A DNA stretch of 64,000 nucleotides, from contig JBDKFG010000007.1 in assembly GCA_039798785.1 (NCBI GenBank), positions 1 through 64,000 of the forward strand. Direction: 5' to 3'. How positions within the stretch are numbered: position 1 is the first letter of the stretch; each line of letters opens with the position of its first letter. Shown here piece after piece: positions 20,014 through 28,300 of this stretch. The notes beneath the pieces were generated by a model that had not been told where the DNA came from, made no database searches, and was given only the letters and a program-made list of their open reading frames with translations. Made by a program: the position numbers and the translations under genes. The DNA is from Verrucomicrobiota bacterium (GTDB lineage: Bacteria > Verrucomicrobiota > Lentisphaeria > Lentisphaerales > Lentisphaeraceae).

Positions 20014-20062
20014 ATTCGGGCGTGCCGACGACGAAGCGGATGATGCGTTTCGGGTTGCCCAT
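20011..20062 (-). pseudogene. motB: N-terminal 17-codon remnant of a MotB-like gene (MGNPKRIIRFVVGTPEW)
   Basis: ATG 1 nt after the motA stop; matches the start of 25890-26606 (MGGKRPIKYKIILGTPDW), and similarity ends abruptly. Confidence 0.75.
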
Positions 20063-20063
20063 G

Positions 20064-20852
20064 TCATTTCATTTCCAGGGCGGCGCGATCGGCGGGTTTG
20101 ATGAAGAGCAGCATCTTCTCGTTGAGCTGGCGCGGGCTTTCGCCGGCGAGGATGGCCATCACTCCGGCCTTCACCATTTCGCGGTAGTTGACTTCCTCGA
20201 GGGTGCGCTGCTGCAGCTTGCACTCGAAGGGGATGGCGATGAAGTTGGCCATCAGGGCGCCGTAGAAGGTGGTCAGCAGGGCGACCGCCATGCCGCCGCC
20301 GATCTTCGACGGGTCGTTGAGGTTGGCCAGCATCTTGACCAGGCCGATCAGGGTGCCGACCATGCCCAGCGAGGGGCCGAAATACCCTACGCGCTCCCAC
20401 ATCTTGTGATTGCCTTCCTGACGCTTTTCGAAGGTCTCGATCTCCTCGCTCAGGCTGTGCTCGACCGCTTCCGAAGCGGCGCCGTCGACCAGCATCCGGA
20501 AGCCCTTGGCCATGAAGGGATCCTTGATGTCGGCGATCTTCTCTTCGAGGGCGAGGACGCCGTCACGGCGGGCGAGGACGCCGAATTCCATGATCTTCTC
20601 GAAGGTCGCCTTCATGTCGGGCGGGGTGTTGATGAAGACCTTGCTGGTCACCTTCATGAAGCTGCCGACCTGGTCGCCGCGGAAGGACATGAACAGCGCT
20701 GCGGTGGTGCCGAAGAGGACGATGACGACCGCCTCGAAGTCCCAGAACATTTTCTTCAGGTTTTCTGGCTCAATGTGACCGTGGTTGTTACACATCGCCC
20801 AAAGGAAGGCGAGAGAACCGAAAATGAAACCGAGGGTGGCTCCTTTATCCAT
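20064..20852 (-). CDS. motA: Flagellar stator A subunit (MotA/PomA-like), copy 1
   Basis: ARRDGVLALEE, PSLGMVGTLIGLV, MAVALLTTFYG, GESPR. Confidence 0.92.
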   Translation of the reverse strand: MDKGATLGFIFGSLAFLWAMCNNHGHIEPENLKKMFWDFEAVVIVLFGTTAALFMSFRGDQVGSFMKVTSKVFINTPPDMKATFEKIMEFGVLARRDGVLALEEKIADIKDPFMAKGFRMLVDGAASEAVEHSLSEEIETFEKRQEGNHKMWERVGYFGPSLGMVGTLIGLVKMLANLNDPSKIGGGMAVALLTTFYGALMANFIAIPFECKLQQRTLEEVNYREMVKAGVMAILAGESPRQLNEKMLLFIKPADRAALEMK

Positions 20853-21063
20853 GGCGGGCTCCTTTGCTGGCGGGCTCCGAAGCCGGGTGGCAGGCGCGCC
20901 GGAAGAAGGCGATCGAGGCGGCGATCTCCTCGGGCCGTTCCTGGACCATCATGTTCGAGCCGGTGAGCAGCGAGACGATGGTGTCGGGACTGGTCTGGAT
21001 GCGTTCGATCAGGTCGGGATTGAGCCAGACCGGCTCGCCACGGAGATCGGTGATCTTGATCAT
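20845..21063 (-). CDS. flbD: FlbD/SwrD family protein, copy 1
   Basis: MIKITDLRGEPVWLNPDLIERIQTSPDTIVSLLTG...VQERPEEI. Confidence 0.88.
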   Translation of the reverse strand: MIKITDLRGEPVWLNPDLIERIQTSPDTIVSLLTGSNMMVQERPEEIAASIAFFRRACHPASEPASKGARHG

Positions 21064-21494
21064 GTTGTGCTCCTTTTGCCGAAAAGTTTGAATTGGCTGA
21101 AGATCCTGGCGTAGATCGACCAGAGGCTGCGGCGAGGCTTCGTCATGCCCCAGGCCACCTGGCGGATTTCGTGCTGGCGCCCCGCCGTGGCGCTCTGGCG
21201 CTCCCAGCTTAGTTCGCCGATGCAGTAGCCGAGGCGCTTGGCCAGGGCTTGCGCCCAGGCGGGATTGTGCGGCGAATGCAGGCCCGAGACCATCGCCACC
21301 ACCTCTTCGGGCGATTCGCGGACCAGCCAGCTCCGGCCGTCGCCGGTGAAGAGGCGAGTGTCGGGATGTGCGGTGATCCGCTCCAGGCGGTCGACGTAGA
21401 TCTGCAGCGGCTCGCCGCGGAGGTTGTGGAGGATGAGGCGGCGGCGCTGGCGTTCGAGGCCGATCAGGCGGCTTTCGATGGCTTTATTCAGCAT
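21060..21494 (-). CDS. Extended FlbD-domain protein, copy 1
   Basis: LHNLRGEPL...LERITAHPDT...LVRESPEEV plus ~70-aa C-terminal extension; paralog at 27680-28108. Confidence 0.72.
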   Translation of the reverse strand: MLNKAIESRLIGLERQRRRLILHNLRGEPLQIYVDRLERITAHPDTRLFTGDGRSWLVRESPEEVVAMVSGLHSPHNPAWAQALAKRLGYCIGELSWERQSATAGRQHEIRQVAWGMTKPRRSLWSIYARIFSQFKLFGKRSTT

Positions 21495-22812
21495 GGGCGA
21501 TCTCCCGGGCTTTGCCGAAACGCCAGCTCTTGCCGATGATCAGGCGTGCGCTCTTGCGATAGGTGAGGTAGTTCCAGGTCCACTTCGAGATGATGCCGAG
21601 GCGGTTTGAGAAACCGACCAGGTAGTAGACGTGGATGAACATCCAGGCGAACCAGGCGATCAGTCCCGCGGATTTGAAGCCCCGGACCTGGCAGATCGCC
21701 CGGCTGCGGCCGATCGTCGCCATGCTGCCCTTGTCGACATAGGCGAAGGGCTCCGGCGCCAGTCCTTCGGCGCGCCGCCGGAGCTGCCGGGCCAGATAGC
21801 GGCCCTGCTGCATCGCCACCGGCGCGACGCCGGGCAGAGGCATCACCTGGCCGTCCTTGTCGACCCTGGCCGGGTCAGGACAGAATGCCATGTCGCCGAG
21901 GACATGGATCTCGGGATGCCCGGGGACGGCGAGGAACTCGTCGATTTTAACGCGTCCGGCACGATCGGTTGCGGCACCGTCGAGCCATTGTCCGAGCTTT
22001 GAGGCCTGGACTCCAGCGGCCCATAGCACGGTGCGGGCCGGCAGGCGCCGTCCGCCGATCTCCACGCCTTCCGCGTCGATGGCGCTGACCGGGCTGCCGG
22101 CGAGAGTCTCGACGCCGAGCTCGGCGAGCTGCCGCTGCGCCTGGGCTGCGAGGGATTCCTCGAACATCGGCAGGATGCGGGGGCCGGCCTCGACCAGGAG
22201 GATCTTCGCCTCGGCGGGATCGATGCGGCGGAAGTCCTGCTTCAGGGTGTGGCGGGCGAGTTCGCCGATGGCGCCGGCGAGTTCGACTCCGGTGGGGCCG
22301 CCGCCGACGACGACGAAGCTGAGATGGGCCTGGCGGCGGCGCGGATCCTCTTCGCGCTCCGCCTGCTCGAAGGCGAGCAGGATGCGGCGACGCATCTCGG
22401 TCGCCTGGCTCAGGGTTTTCAGCCCGGGAGCGAAATCCTCCCACTCGTCACGGCCGAAATAACTGTGGCGGGCGCCACAGGCGAGGACCAGCCGGTCATA
22501 CTCCACCGGACCGGAATCGGTGCTGAGCCGTTTCGCCGCCGTGTCGACCCCTTTGACGGTGGCGAGCAGCACCCGGACATTGCGCGCCTTGCGGAAAATC
22601 TGGCGGATCGGGCGGGCGATGTCGGCCGGCGACAGGCCGCACGTCGCCACCTGGTAGAGCAGGGGCTGGAAGAGATGGTGGTTGCGGCGGTCGATCAAGG
22701 TGATGTCGAAGCGAGGGTCGTTGACCAGGCCCTTGGCGAGGTTCAGGCCGGCGAAGCCGGCGCCCACGATCACCAGGCGTTGCGGCGGAAAATCCTTGCC
22801 AGTCGCGTCCAT
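21484..22812 (-). CDS. ndh: Type II NADH dehydrogenase (NDH-2), copy 1
   Basis: GAGFAG, NHHLFQPLLYQVAT, GGGPTGVELAG, PGVAPVAMQQG, DKGSMATIGR, WMFIHVYYL. Confidence 0.92.
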   Translation of the reverse strand: MDATGKDFPPQRLVIVGAGFAGLNLAKGLVNDPRFDITLIDRRNHHLFQPLLYQVATCGLSPADIARPIRQIFRKARNVRVLLATVKGVDTAAKRLSTDSGPVEYDRLVLACGARHSYFGRDEWEDFAPGLKTLSQATEMRRRILLAFEQAEREEDPRRRQAHLSFVVVGGGPTGVELAGAIGELARHTLKQDFRRIDPAEAKILLVEAGPRILPMFEESLAAQAQRQLAELGVETLAGSPVSAIDAEGVEIGGRRLPARTVLWAAGVQASKLGQWLDGAATDRAGRVKIDEFLAVPGHPEIHVLGDMAFCPDPARVDKDGQVMPLPGVAPVAMQQGRYLARQLRRRAEGLAPEPFAYVDKGSMATIGRSRAICQVRGFKSAGLIAWFAWMFIHVYYLVGFSNRLGIISKWTWNYLTYRKSARLIIGKSWRFGKAREIAHAE

Positions 22813-22883
22813 AAGCATCCTCAATTGAAATTCCTTCAAGCTCATAAAAGCCTGCTGCCAGGGACTCTGCAAAAGTCGCAGGA

Positions 22884-22995
22884 TTAAAATAAAATCATCG
22901 GACGGCAGGCCTTGGTTAAGGATTTTTCATCTTCTCTGACTTGGCCCAACTCGGCGGCACAGCGGGGAGAAATGCCGAAGATTAAAAATTTCTCA
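22884..22995. promoter_or_regulatory. Three TTAA-N7-TCA boxes; putative OmpR-family binding sites
   Basis: Copies at 22884-22897, 22916-22929 and 22982-22995 in the AT-rich divergent ndh/regulator spacer. Confidence 0.5.
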
Positions 22996-23059
22996 GATTG
23001 CCTGCGAAGAGCTCCGGCGGCGACGGCCTAGATTGAGCGGAGAAGCGGGAGAAGCGGGA

Positions 23060-23737
23060 ATGCGTGTCTTAGTCGTCGAAGATCAGGAGAGTGTCGCCTC
23101 CTTCATCACCCGTGGCCTGAGCGAGGAGGGCTACCTCGTCGACAAGGCGATGACCGGCGAGACCGCACTCCGCCTCGCCAGCGAGACTGCCTTCGACCTG
23201 ATCGTCATGGACGTGCTGATGCCCGGGCTCTCCGGCCTTGAAGTCACCCGCACCCTGCGCGGCCGCCGGATCCAGACGCCGATCCTGCTGCTGACGGCGA
23301 TGTCGACGACCAACGACAAGGTGAGCGGCCTGGATGCCGGGGCCGACGACTACCTGACCAAGCCCTTCGCCTTCGACGAGCTCCTGGCCCGCATCCGGGC
23401 CCTGCTGCGCCGGCGCGAAGGCGAGATCGAGAAGGAGCTGGCCTGCCACGACCTGAAGCTCAATCTCCTCAGCCGCAAGGTCAGCCGGGGAGACAAGGCG
23501 ATCGAGCTGACGGCGCGCGAATATGCCCTGCTGGAGTATCTCCTCTCGAACCAGGGGCGGGTGCTGACCCGCGCCGCGATCATGGAGAAGGTGTGGACGG
23601 CGCAGCAGCACATGGAGACCAATCTCGTCGACGTCTACATCCGCCATCTCCGGCGCAAGATCGACGAGGGTTTTGAGGACAAGCTGCTCGAGACCCGCCG
23701 CGGCTACGGCTATTCGATCCGGGCGCCGGGGAAATGA
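23060..23737 (+). CDS. OmpR/PhoB-family response regulator (CusR/CzcR-like)
   Basis: VVED, MDVLMPG, GADDYLTKPF, winged helix (LTAREYALL, NLVDVYIRHLRRKID, RRGYGY). Confidence 0.95.
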   Translation: MRVLVVEDQESVASFITRGLSEEGYLVDKAMTGETALRLASETAFDLIVMDVLMPGLSGLEVTRTLRGRRIQTPILLLTAMSTTNDKVSGLDAGADDYLTKPFAFDELLARIRALLRRREGEIEKELACHDLKLNLLSRKVSRGDKAIELTAREYALLEYLLSNQGRVLTRAAIMEKVWTAQQHMETNLVDVYIRHLRRKIDEGFEDKLLETRRGYGYSIRAPGK

Positions 23738-25113
23738 CCTCTTTCCGCGACGACAGGATGATCGGCGCTTTCCGGCGCCGGCTCACCCGCATCCTGCTGG
23801 GGGCGATGGCGGCGCTGGGCACCTTCATCGTCCTCATTTTCACCATCATCAGCCTGCTGCGCGAGCGCCAGCAGGTCGAGGTCTTGCATCACAGCCTGGC
23901 CGCGGACTTCTTCGCCAAGGCGATGCCTGAAGGGCGCCTTGAGGAGGCCGGCGTCGAGCGCTTCACCACCGGCCTGGTCGAAGCTCACAACCACGAAGGC
24001 CAGCTCCTCGCCTACGCCGTTTACGACCGCGAGGGAGCCAGCCTGCGCCGCTTCGGCACCAGCGGCACCGGCGAGAAGTTCCTGCCGACGAAACTGGACG
24101 CGGCTCAGCCCCTGTGGCGCAGCGAATGGCTCAGCCTGCACCGCTTCCTCACCGTCAGCATCCATGCCAAGGGGGACTTCCGCATCCTGATCACCGCCGA
24201 CGTCCGCAGCAGCCTGATGGACGAAGTCAGCAAGGCGCTCATCCTCGCCATCCCCTTCGCCCTCATCCTCGGCTTCATCGTCGCTCATTACCTGATCCGG
24301 CAGTTCACCGAACCTCTGCAGGCGATCGCCGCCACTGCCGCCGAGATCGCCGCGGGGAAGCTCAGCGCCCGGCTGCCCGAGGCGCCGCTCGCTAGTCTTG
24401 ACGAGCTGCGGCTGGCCCTCAATCACGCCTTCGCCGAGATGGAGGGGAACTTCCAGACCATCGAGCGCTTCTCCGCCGATGCCGCCCACGAGCTGAAAAC
24501 GCCGCTCACCGCCTTGCGAGGGCAGCTCGAACTCAGTCTCCGCCGCCAGCGGCAGCCGGAGGAATATGAAGACGCCCTCGCCAGCGCCCTCGATCAGGTG
24601 GTCGAGCTCAGCCGCATCGTCGAGACCCTGCTGCTCCTCTCCCGTCCCGGGCATGCCGATCCGGCCCAGGCCAGCAGCCTCTGCGATCTCCGCAAGCTGG
24701 TCGCCGCCGCGGTCGAACGCCTCGGCCCCTACGCCGAGGAGAGGGGAGTCGAACTGCGCAGCTCCGTCAGTCCTGAAGAAGTCCGAGGCGATGCGGCCCA
24801 GCTCGACCGCCTGATCGGCAATCTTCTTCACAACGCGATCAAGTTCAGCCCTCCCGGGGGACGGGTCCTGCTGCAGTCCGGGCGCGATGCTCGCCAGGGG
24901 GTCTGGCTCAGCGTCGAGGACCAGGGGCCGGGGATCGCCGCCGAGCACCAGGTCCGGATCTTTGACCGTTTCTACCAGGTCGATCCCTCGCGTCAGCAGG
25001 GATCCGGCCTCGGGCTGGCGCTGGTCAAGTGGATCGCCGAGCGCCATCGCATCGACATGCGCCTCGAATCCTCCCCTGGCCAAGGCAGCCGCTTCATCCT
25101 GCGCTTTCCTTGA
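23734..25113 (+). CDS. Sensor histidine kinase (2 TM, HAMP, HisKA, HATPase)
   Basis: AAHELKTPL, NLLHNAIKF, DQGPGI, GSGLGL. Confidence 0.95.
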   Translation: MTSFRDDRMIGAFRRRLTRILLGAMAALGTFIVLIFTIISLLRERQQVEVLHHSLAADFFAKAMPEGRLEEAGVERFTTGLVEAHNHEGQLLAYAVYDREGASLRRFGTSGTGEKFLPTKLDAAQPLWRSEWLSLHRFLTVSIHAKGDFRILITADVRSSLMDEVSKALILAIPFALILGFIVAHYLIRQFTEPLQAIAATAAEIAAGKLSARLPEAPLASLDELRLALNHAFAEMEGNFQTIERFSADAAHELKTPLTALRGQLELSLRRQRQPEEYEDALASALDQVVELSRIVETLLLLSRPGHADPAQASSLCDLRKLVAAAVERLGPYAEERGVELRSSVSPEEVRGDAAQLDRLIGNLLHNAIKFSPPGGRVLLQSGRDARQGVWLSVEDQGPGIAAEHQVRIFDRFYQVDPSRQQGSGLGLALVKWIAERHRIDMRLESSPGQGSRFILRFP

Positions 25114-25146
25114 GGACGCGGGCCGAGACAACTCAAGATCAGATGG

Positions 25147-25890
25147 CTAAGGCGCCTTCGGCTTGGCTTTCGCCTTGGCAGGATTGCGCATGTAGACCTC
25201 GGTGCTTTGCTCGGGGAGAGGCTTGCCGGCGGCGTCGGCGGAGCCGACCGATACGCCCACCGTCAGGCGCCAGAATTCGAGATGGCCTTTGTCGTGGGCG
25301 AACTGCAGCAGCTTCTCGGCGCGGGCCGAGGCCAGGGCGTAGTCCTTGCCGATATCCTGGTTCTCGTTGCAATGGCAGAGGACGATGACGTGTTCATCGA
25401 TCGAGCGGATCAGCTGGCAGAAGTTCTTGAACCAGGCTTCGAGTTCGGCATCCATTTCATCGCTGCCGGGCTTGAAGCGGCCGGAGCTGGCCAGGATGAG
25501 CTCGGTGCTGCTGAGGGAGATCTCGGTCTTCATCTCGGTGTTGCCGCCGCCGCCGCCGCCCTTGGTGTTCTCTTCCGGCAGCATCGGCGGCAGGGTGTCG
25601 TATTCCTGCATCTCTTCGGCGTTGGAGTAGGAGGCGTAGTAGCGCGCCTTGCCGTGCTGGCCGAACTTGAAGACGCCTTTGCCGATGACGACGCCGATGC
25701 GGTTCTTCTGCGACTTCTCGCCTTCGCCGTCACCGGCGTACTTGCCCGGGCCGTCCGCCTTGGGGAAGGGGGCCATCGTGGTCAAGACGATGAAAAACAC
25801 CATCAGCAGCAGGTAGAGGATGGTGAACTGCGCCATGTAGGCGGGGGCGCCCACCTGCTTGGGGATGATCAGTGGCTTCAGCTTGGGCAT
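25147..25890 (-). CDS. Atypical MotB-like protein lacking the conserved Asp, with a degenerate OmpA-like domain
   Basis: GAPAYMAQFTILYLLLMVFF TM; FKPGSDEM...LCHCN...LASARAE resembles OmpA_C. Confidence 0.7.
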   Translation of the reverse strand: MPKLKPLIIPKQVGAPAYMAQFTILYLLLMVFFIVLTTMAPFPKADGPGKYAGDGEGEKSQKNRIGVVIGKGVFKFGQHGKARYYASYSNAEEMQEYDTLPPMLPEENTKGGGGGGNTEMKTEISLSSTELILASSGRFKPGSDEMDAELEAWFKNFCQLIRSIDEHVIVLCHCNENQDIGKDYALASARAEKLLQFAHDKGHLEFWRLTVGVSVGSADAAGKPLPEQSTEVYMRNPAKAKAKPKAP

Positions 25891-26606
25891 TATTGGATCC
25901 TCAGGAATTCTTCCATCGTGATGCGCTTGCGTCCCAATCCGTTGAGAAAAAGGATGCGGACCCGGCTATCGCCGGGCCGGGTGCTGCCGCGGAGATAGGT
26001 GCGGCAGGAGCTCGGCGCAACCTTGCCGGCGAGCAGGATGCGGTGCACCGCGGCGATCGATTTCTGAGCCGCCGAGAAGTCGGGGCGGTCTTCGTCGTCG
26101 ACCGGGATGCCCTTGACGAAGAAAGTGGCCTCGATGTCGATGTTGAGGGATTTCTGCAGGGTGATGATCTCCTTGTAGACCAGCTTAGCCTCGGGGGAGT
26201 CCTGGAGGAGCAGGGAGAGAGGGATGTCGATGGCGACTCCCTCTTCGGTCTCGTTGGGGATGATCATGAAGGTGAAGCCCTGTTTCTTCAGCTTGTCCTT
26301 GAGGTCGGTGATGTTCTTGATGATGTTGGCGTTGGTGAGTTTTTCGGCGGAGGGGCTGGGGGGGCGCAGGGGTTTTTTCACCTGGTTCTTGCCGCGCAGC
26401 TGGCCGTCTTTGGGCGATTCGAGTTCGACGTCGCCCGGTTCGACGTAGCTGCCCATCAAGTCGGCGGCCTTGCCCGGCTTGTCGGAGGAGAAGACCACCA
26501 TCAGCACGAAGAAGACGAGGAGGCAGGAGAGCATGTCGCCGAAGGAGAGCATCCAGTCGGGGGTGCCGAGGATGATCTTGTACTTGATGGGTCTCTTGCC
26601 GCCCAT
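25890..26606 (-). CDS. motB: Flagellar stator B subunit (MotB/PomB-like)
   Basis: PDWMLSFGDMLSCLLVFFVLM motif with the Asp; divergent periplasmic domain. Confidence 0.82.
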   Translation of the reverse strand: MGGKRPIKYKIILGTPDWMLSFGDMLSCLLVFFVLMVVFSSDKPGKAADLMGSYVEPGDVELESPKDGQLRGKNQVKKPLRPPSPSAEKLTNANIIKNITDLKDKLKKQGFTFMIIPNETEEGVAIDIPLSLLLQDSPEAKLVYKEIITLQKSLNIDIEATFFVKGIPVDDEDRPDFSAAQKSIAAVHRILLAGKVAPSSCRTYLRGSTRPGDSRVRILFLNGLGRKRITMEEFLRIQ

Positions 26607-26642
26607 GGCTAGTTCCTCCGGCTGGGTAGCGTCATGGCCGGA

Positions 26643-27428
26643 TCACTTCATCTCGAGCGCGGCGCGTTCGGCCGGCGGCAGGAAGATCAGAAGCTTCTCG
26701 TTGAGCTGACGAGGGCTTTCTCCGGCGAGGATGGCGAGGACGCCGGCCTTCACCATCTCGCGATAGAGGGCTTCCTCCTGGCTGCGCTGCGCCAGCTTGC
26801 ATTCGAAGGGGATGCAGAGCAGGTTGGCGAGGTGGGCGCCATAGTAGGTGGTGAGCAGGGCGACGGCCATGGCGCCGCCGATCTTCGAGGGGTCGTTGAG
26901 GTTGGCCAGCATCAGCACCAGGCCGACCAAGGTGCCGAGCATGCCCATCGCCGGGAAGTAGTAGCCGAGACGCTCCATGATCTTCTGGCCGCCTTCATGT
27001 CGCTTGCCCATGCCCTCGATCTCGGCGTCGAGGGTGGCCTCCACCGCCTCCGAGGCGACGCCGTCGACCAGCATCCGGAAGCCTTTCGCCATGAAGGGGT
27101 CCTTGATGTCGGGGATCTTCTCTTCCAAGGCCAGCACCCCGTCGCGACGGGCAAGGACGCCGAACTCCATGATCTTCTCGATCGTGCCCTTCATGTCCGG
27201 ACTGGCATTGAAGAAGACCTTCATCATGACTTTGGGGGCGTTGAGGCACTGGTTCATCTTGAAGGAGGTGAGGAAGCCCGCCAGACCGCCGCCACAGACG
27301 ATAACCACCGAGGGCATATCTTTGAATAGGAGGAGCTTGCTGGGGTCTATGGCGGAGCCGGTCCAGCACATGGCCCAGAGGAAGCAGAGAGTGCCGATGA
27401 TGAATCCGGCGATGGAGGTCAGGTCCAT
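26643..27428 (-). CDS. motA: Flagellar stator A subunit (MotA/PomA-like), copy 2
   Basis: ARRDGVLALEE, PAMGMLGTLVGLV, MAVALLTTYYG. Confidence 0.92.
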   Translation of the reverse strand: MDLTSIAGFIIGTLCFLWAMCWTGSAIDPSKLLLFKDMPSVVIVCGGGLAGFLTSFKMNQCLNAPKVMMKVFFNASPDMKGTIEKIMEFGVLARRDGVLALEEKIPDIKDPFMAKGFRMLVDGVASEAVEATLDAEIEGMGKRHEGGQKIMERLGYYFPAMGMLGTLVGLVLMLANLNDPSKIGGAMAVALLTTYYGAHLANLLCIPFECKLAQRSQEEALYREMVKAGVLAILAGESPRQLNEKLLIFLPPAERAALEMK

Positions 27429-27432
27429 GGTC

Positions 27433-27627
27433 TTATTCCTTGCTTGGTGCGCCGCAAAGGCGGCGGAATTCGATGATCAGGAGAGTGATCTCCTCCGGGG
27501 TCTCACGTACCATCATGGTGGAGCCGGTGAGCAGGGAGATGACGGTGTCGGGCGCCGCGTGCAGGCGCTCGATCAGATCGGGGTTGAGCCAGAGGTTCTG
27601 GCCGCCGAGGTCGGTGAGGCGTATCAT
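27433..27627 (-). CDS. flbD: FlbD/SwrD family protein, copy 2
   Basis: MIRLTDLGGQNLWLNPDLIERLHAAPDTVISLLTG...VRETPEEI. Confidence 0.88.
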   Translation of the reverse strand: MIRLTDLGGQNLWLNPDLIERLHAAPDTVISLLTGSTMMVRETPEEITLLIIEFRRLCGAPSKE

Positions 27628-27679
27628 GTTAAGCTCCTCGCTGGAAAGACTTCAAGCCGTTTTCTGCGGGCTGCGCGGC

Positions 27680-28108
27680 TCATGGGATGCGGCGGAAGGG
27701 GTTCATCCGGCCGAAGAAATCGCCGATGTTGCGGCGGAAACGGCCCTCGGTGACCTTGACCTGGCCCCAGGCGACTTGCTGGCGGAAGAGCAGCTTTCCG
27801 GACTTCCAGCTCTCCAGCTCCTGGCTCATCTCGCCGGGACGGCGCCCGACGCGGCGGGCCAGGGCGTGGCTCCAGGTGAGCAGGGGCGGACCGCGACGCT
27901 GCGACAGGAGAGCGGAAATTTCTTCCGGAGTCTCGCGCACCAGGGTGCTGTGGCCGTCACTGGTCTGCAAGCGGGTCTCGGGCTGTGTGATGACGGTGCT
28001 GAGACGGTCGATCGGGACGCTCAGCTCCCGTCCCCGCAGGTCATGCAGCTCGAGGAACTGCCTGGCCTTCTCCAGGGCGACCAGGCGGCGTGGCAGGATC
28101 AAGTTCAT
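27680..28108 (-). CDS. Extended FlbD-domain protein, copy 2
   Basis: LHDLRGREL...QPETRL...LVRETPEEI; WSHALARR and RQQVAWG shared with copy 1. Confidence 0.72.
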   Translation of the reverse strand: MNLILPRRLVALEKARQFLELHDLRGRELSVPIDRLSTVITQPETRLQTSDGHSTLVRETPEEISALLSQRRGPPLLTWSHALARRVGRRPGEMSQELESWKSGKLLFRQQVAWGQVKVTEGRFRRNIGDFFGRMNPFRRIP

Positions 28109-28300
28109 CGGGAGCCTCTTGCGGTGGTTTTTGTGTCGAGGGCCTCGGACTCATGAATCATGCCAAGTGGATTCCGCCCCTCGGTCCAGACCCCGCTCCA
28201 GATCTCGCGACGGGGGATTTATCAACCAGGTTTTCGGCTCCTGCCCTTTCGGCACGTGGGAAGCGGCGCATCTTTGGCCGCACAAAACCAAGGAACTCCC

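Noticed and set aside
18018..20966. 982-aa ORF as a single real protein
   Set aside because: Composite of an off-frame overlap with the SDR, the truncated DUF2867 gene and antisense read-through of motA
20064..27428. motA/motB-like genes as Zorya (zorAB) or ExbBD/TolQR
   Set aside because: MotA is ~260 aa without the long ZorA tail, carries flagellar PomA motifs, sits next to flbD, and no zorC/D/E, tonB or tolA is present
28150..28264. Sigma-54 promoters in the divergent FlbD-ext/ndh spacer (TGGCATG-N4-ATGA on -, CGGCACG-N4-AAGC on +)
   Set aside because: Each deviates at the -12 TTGC element; too weak to call
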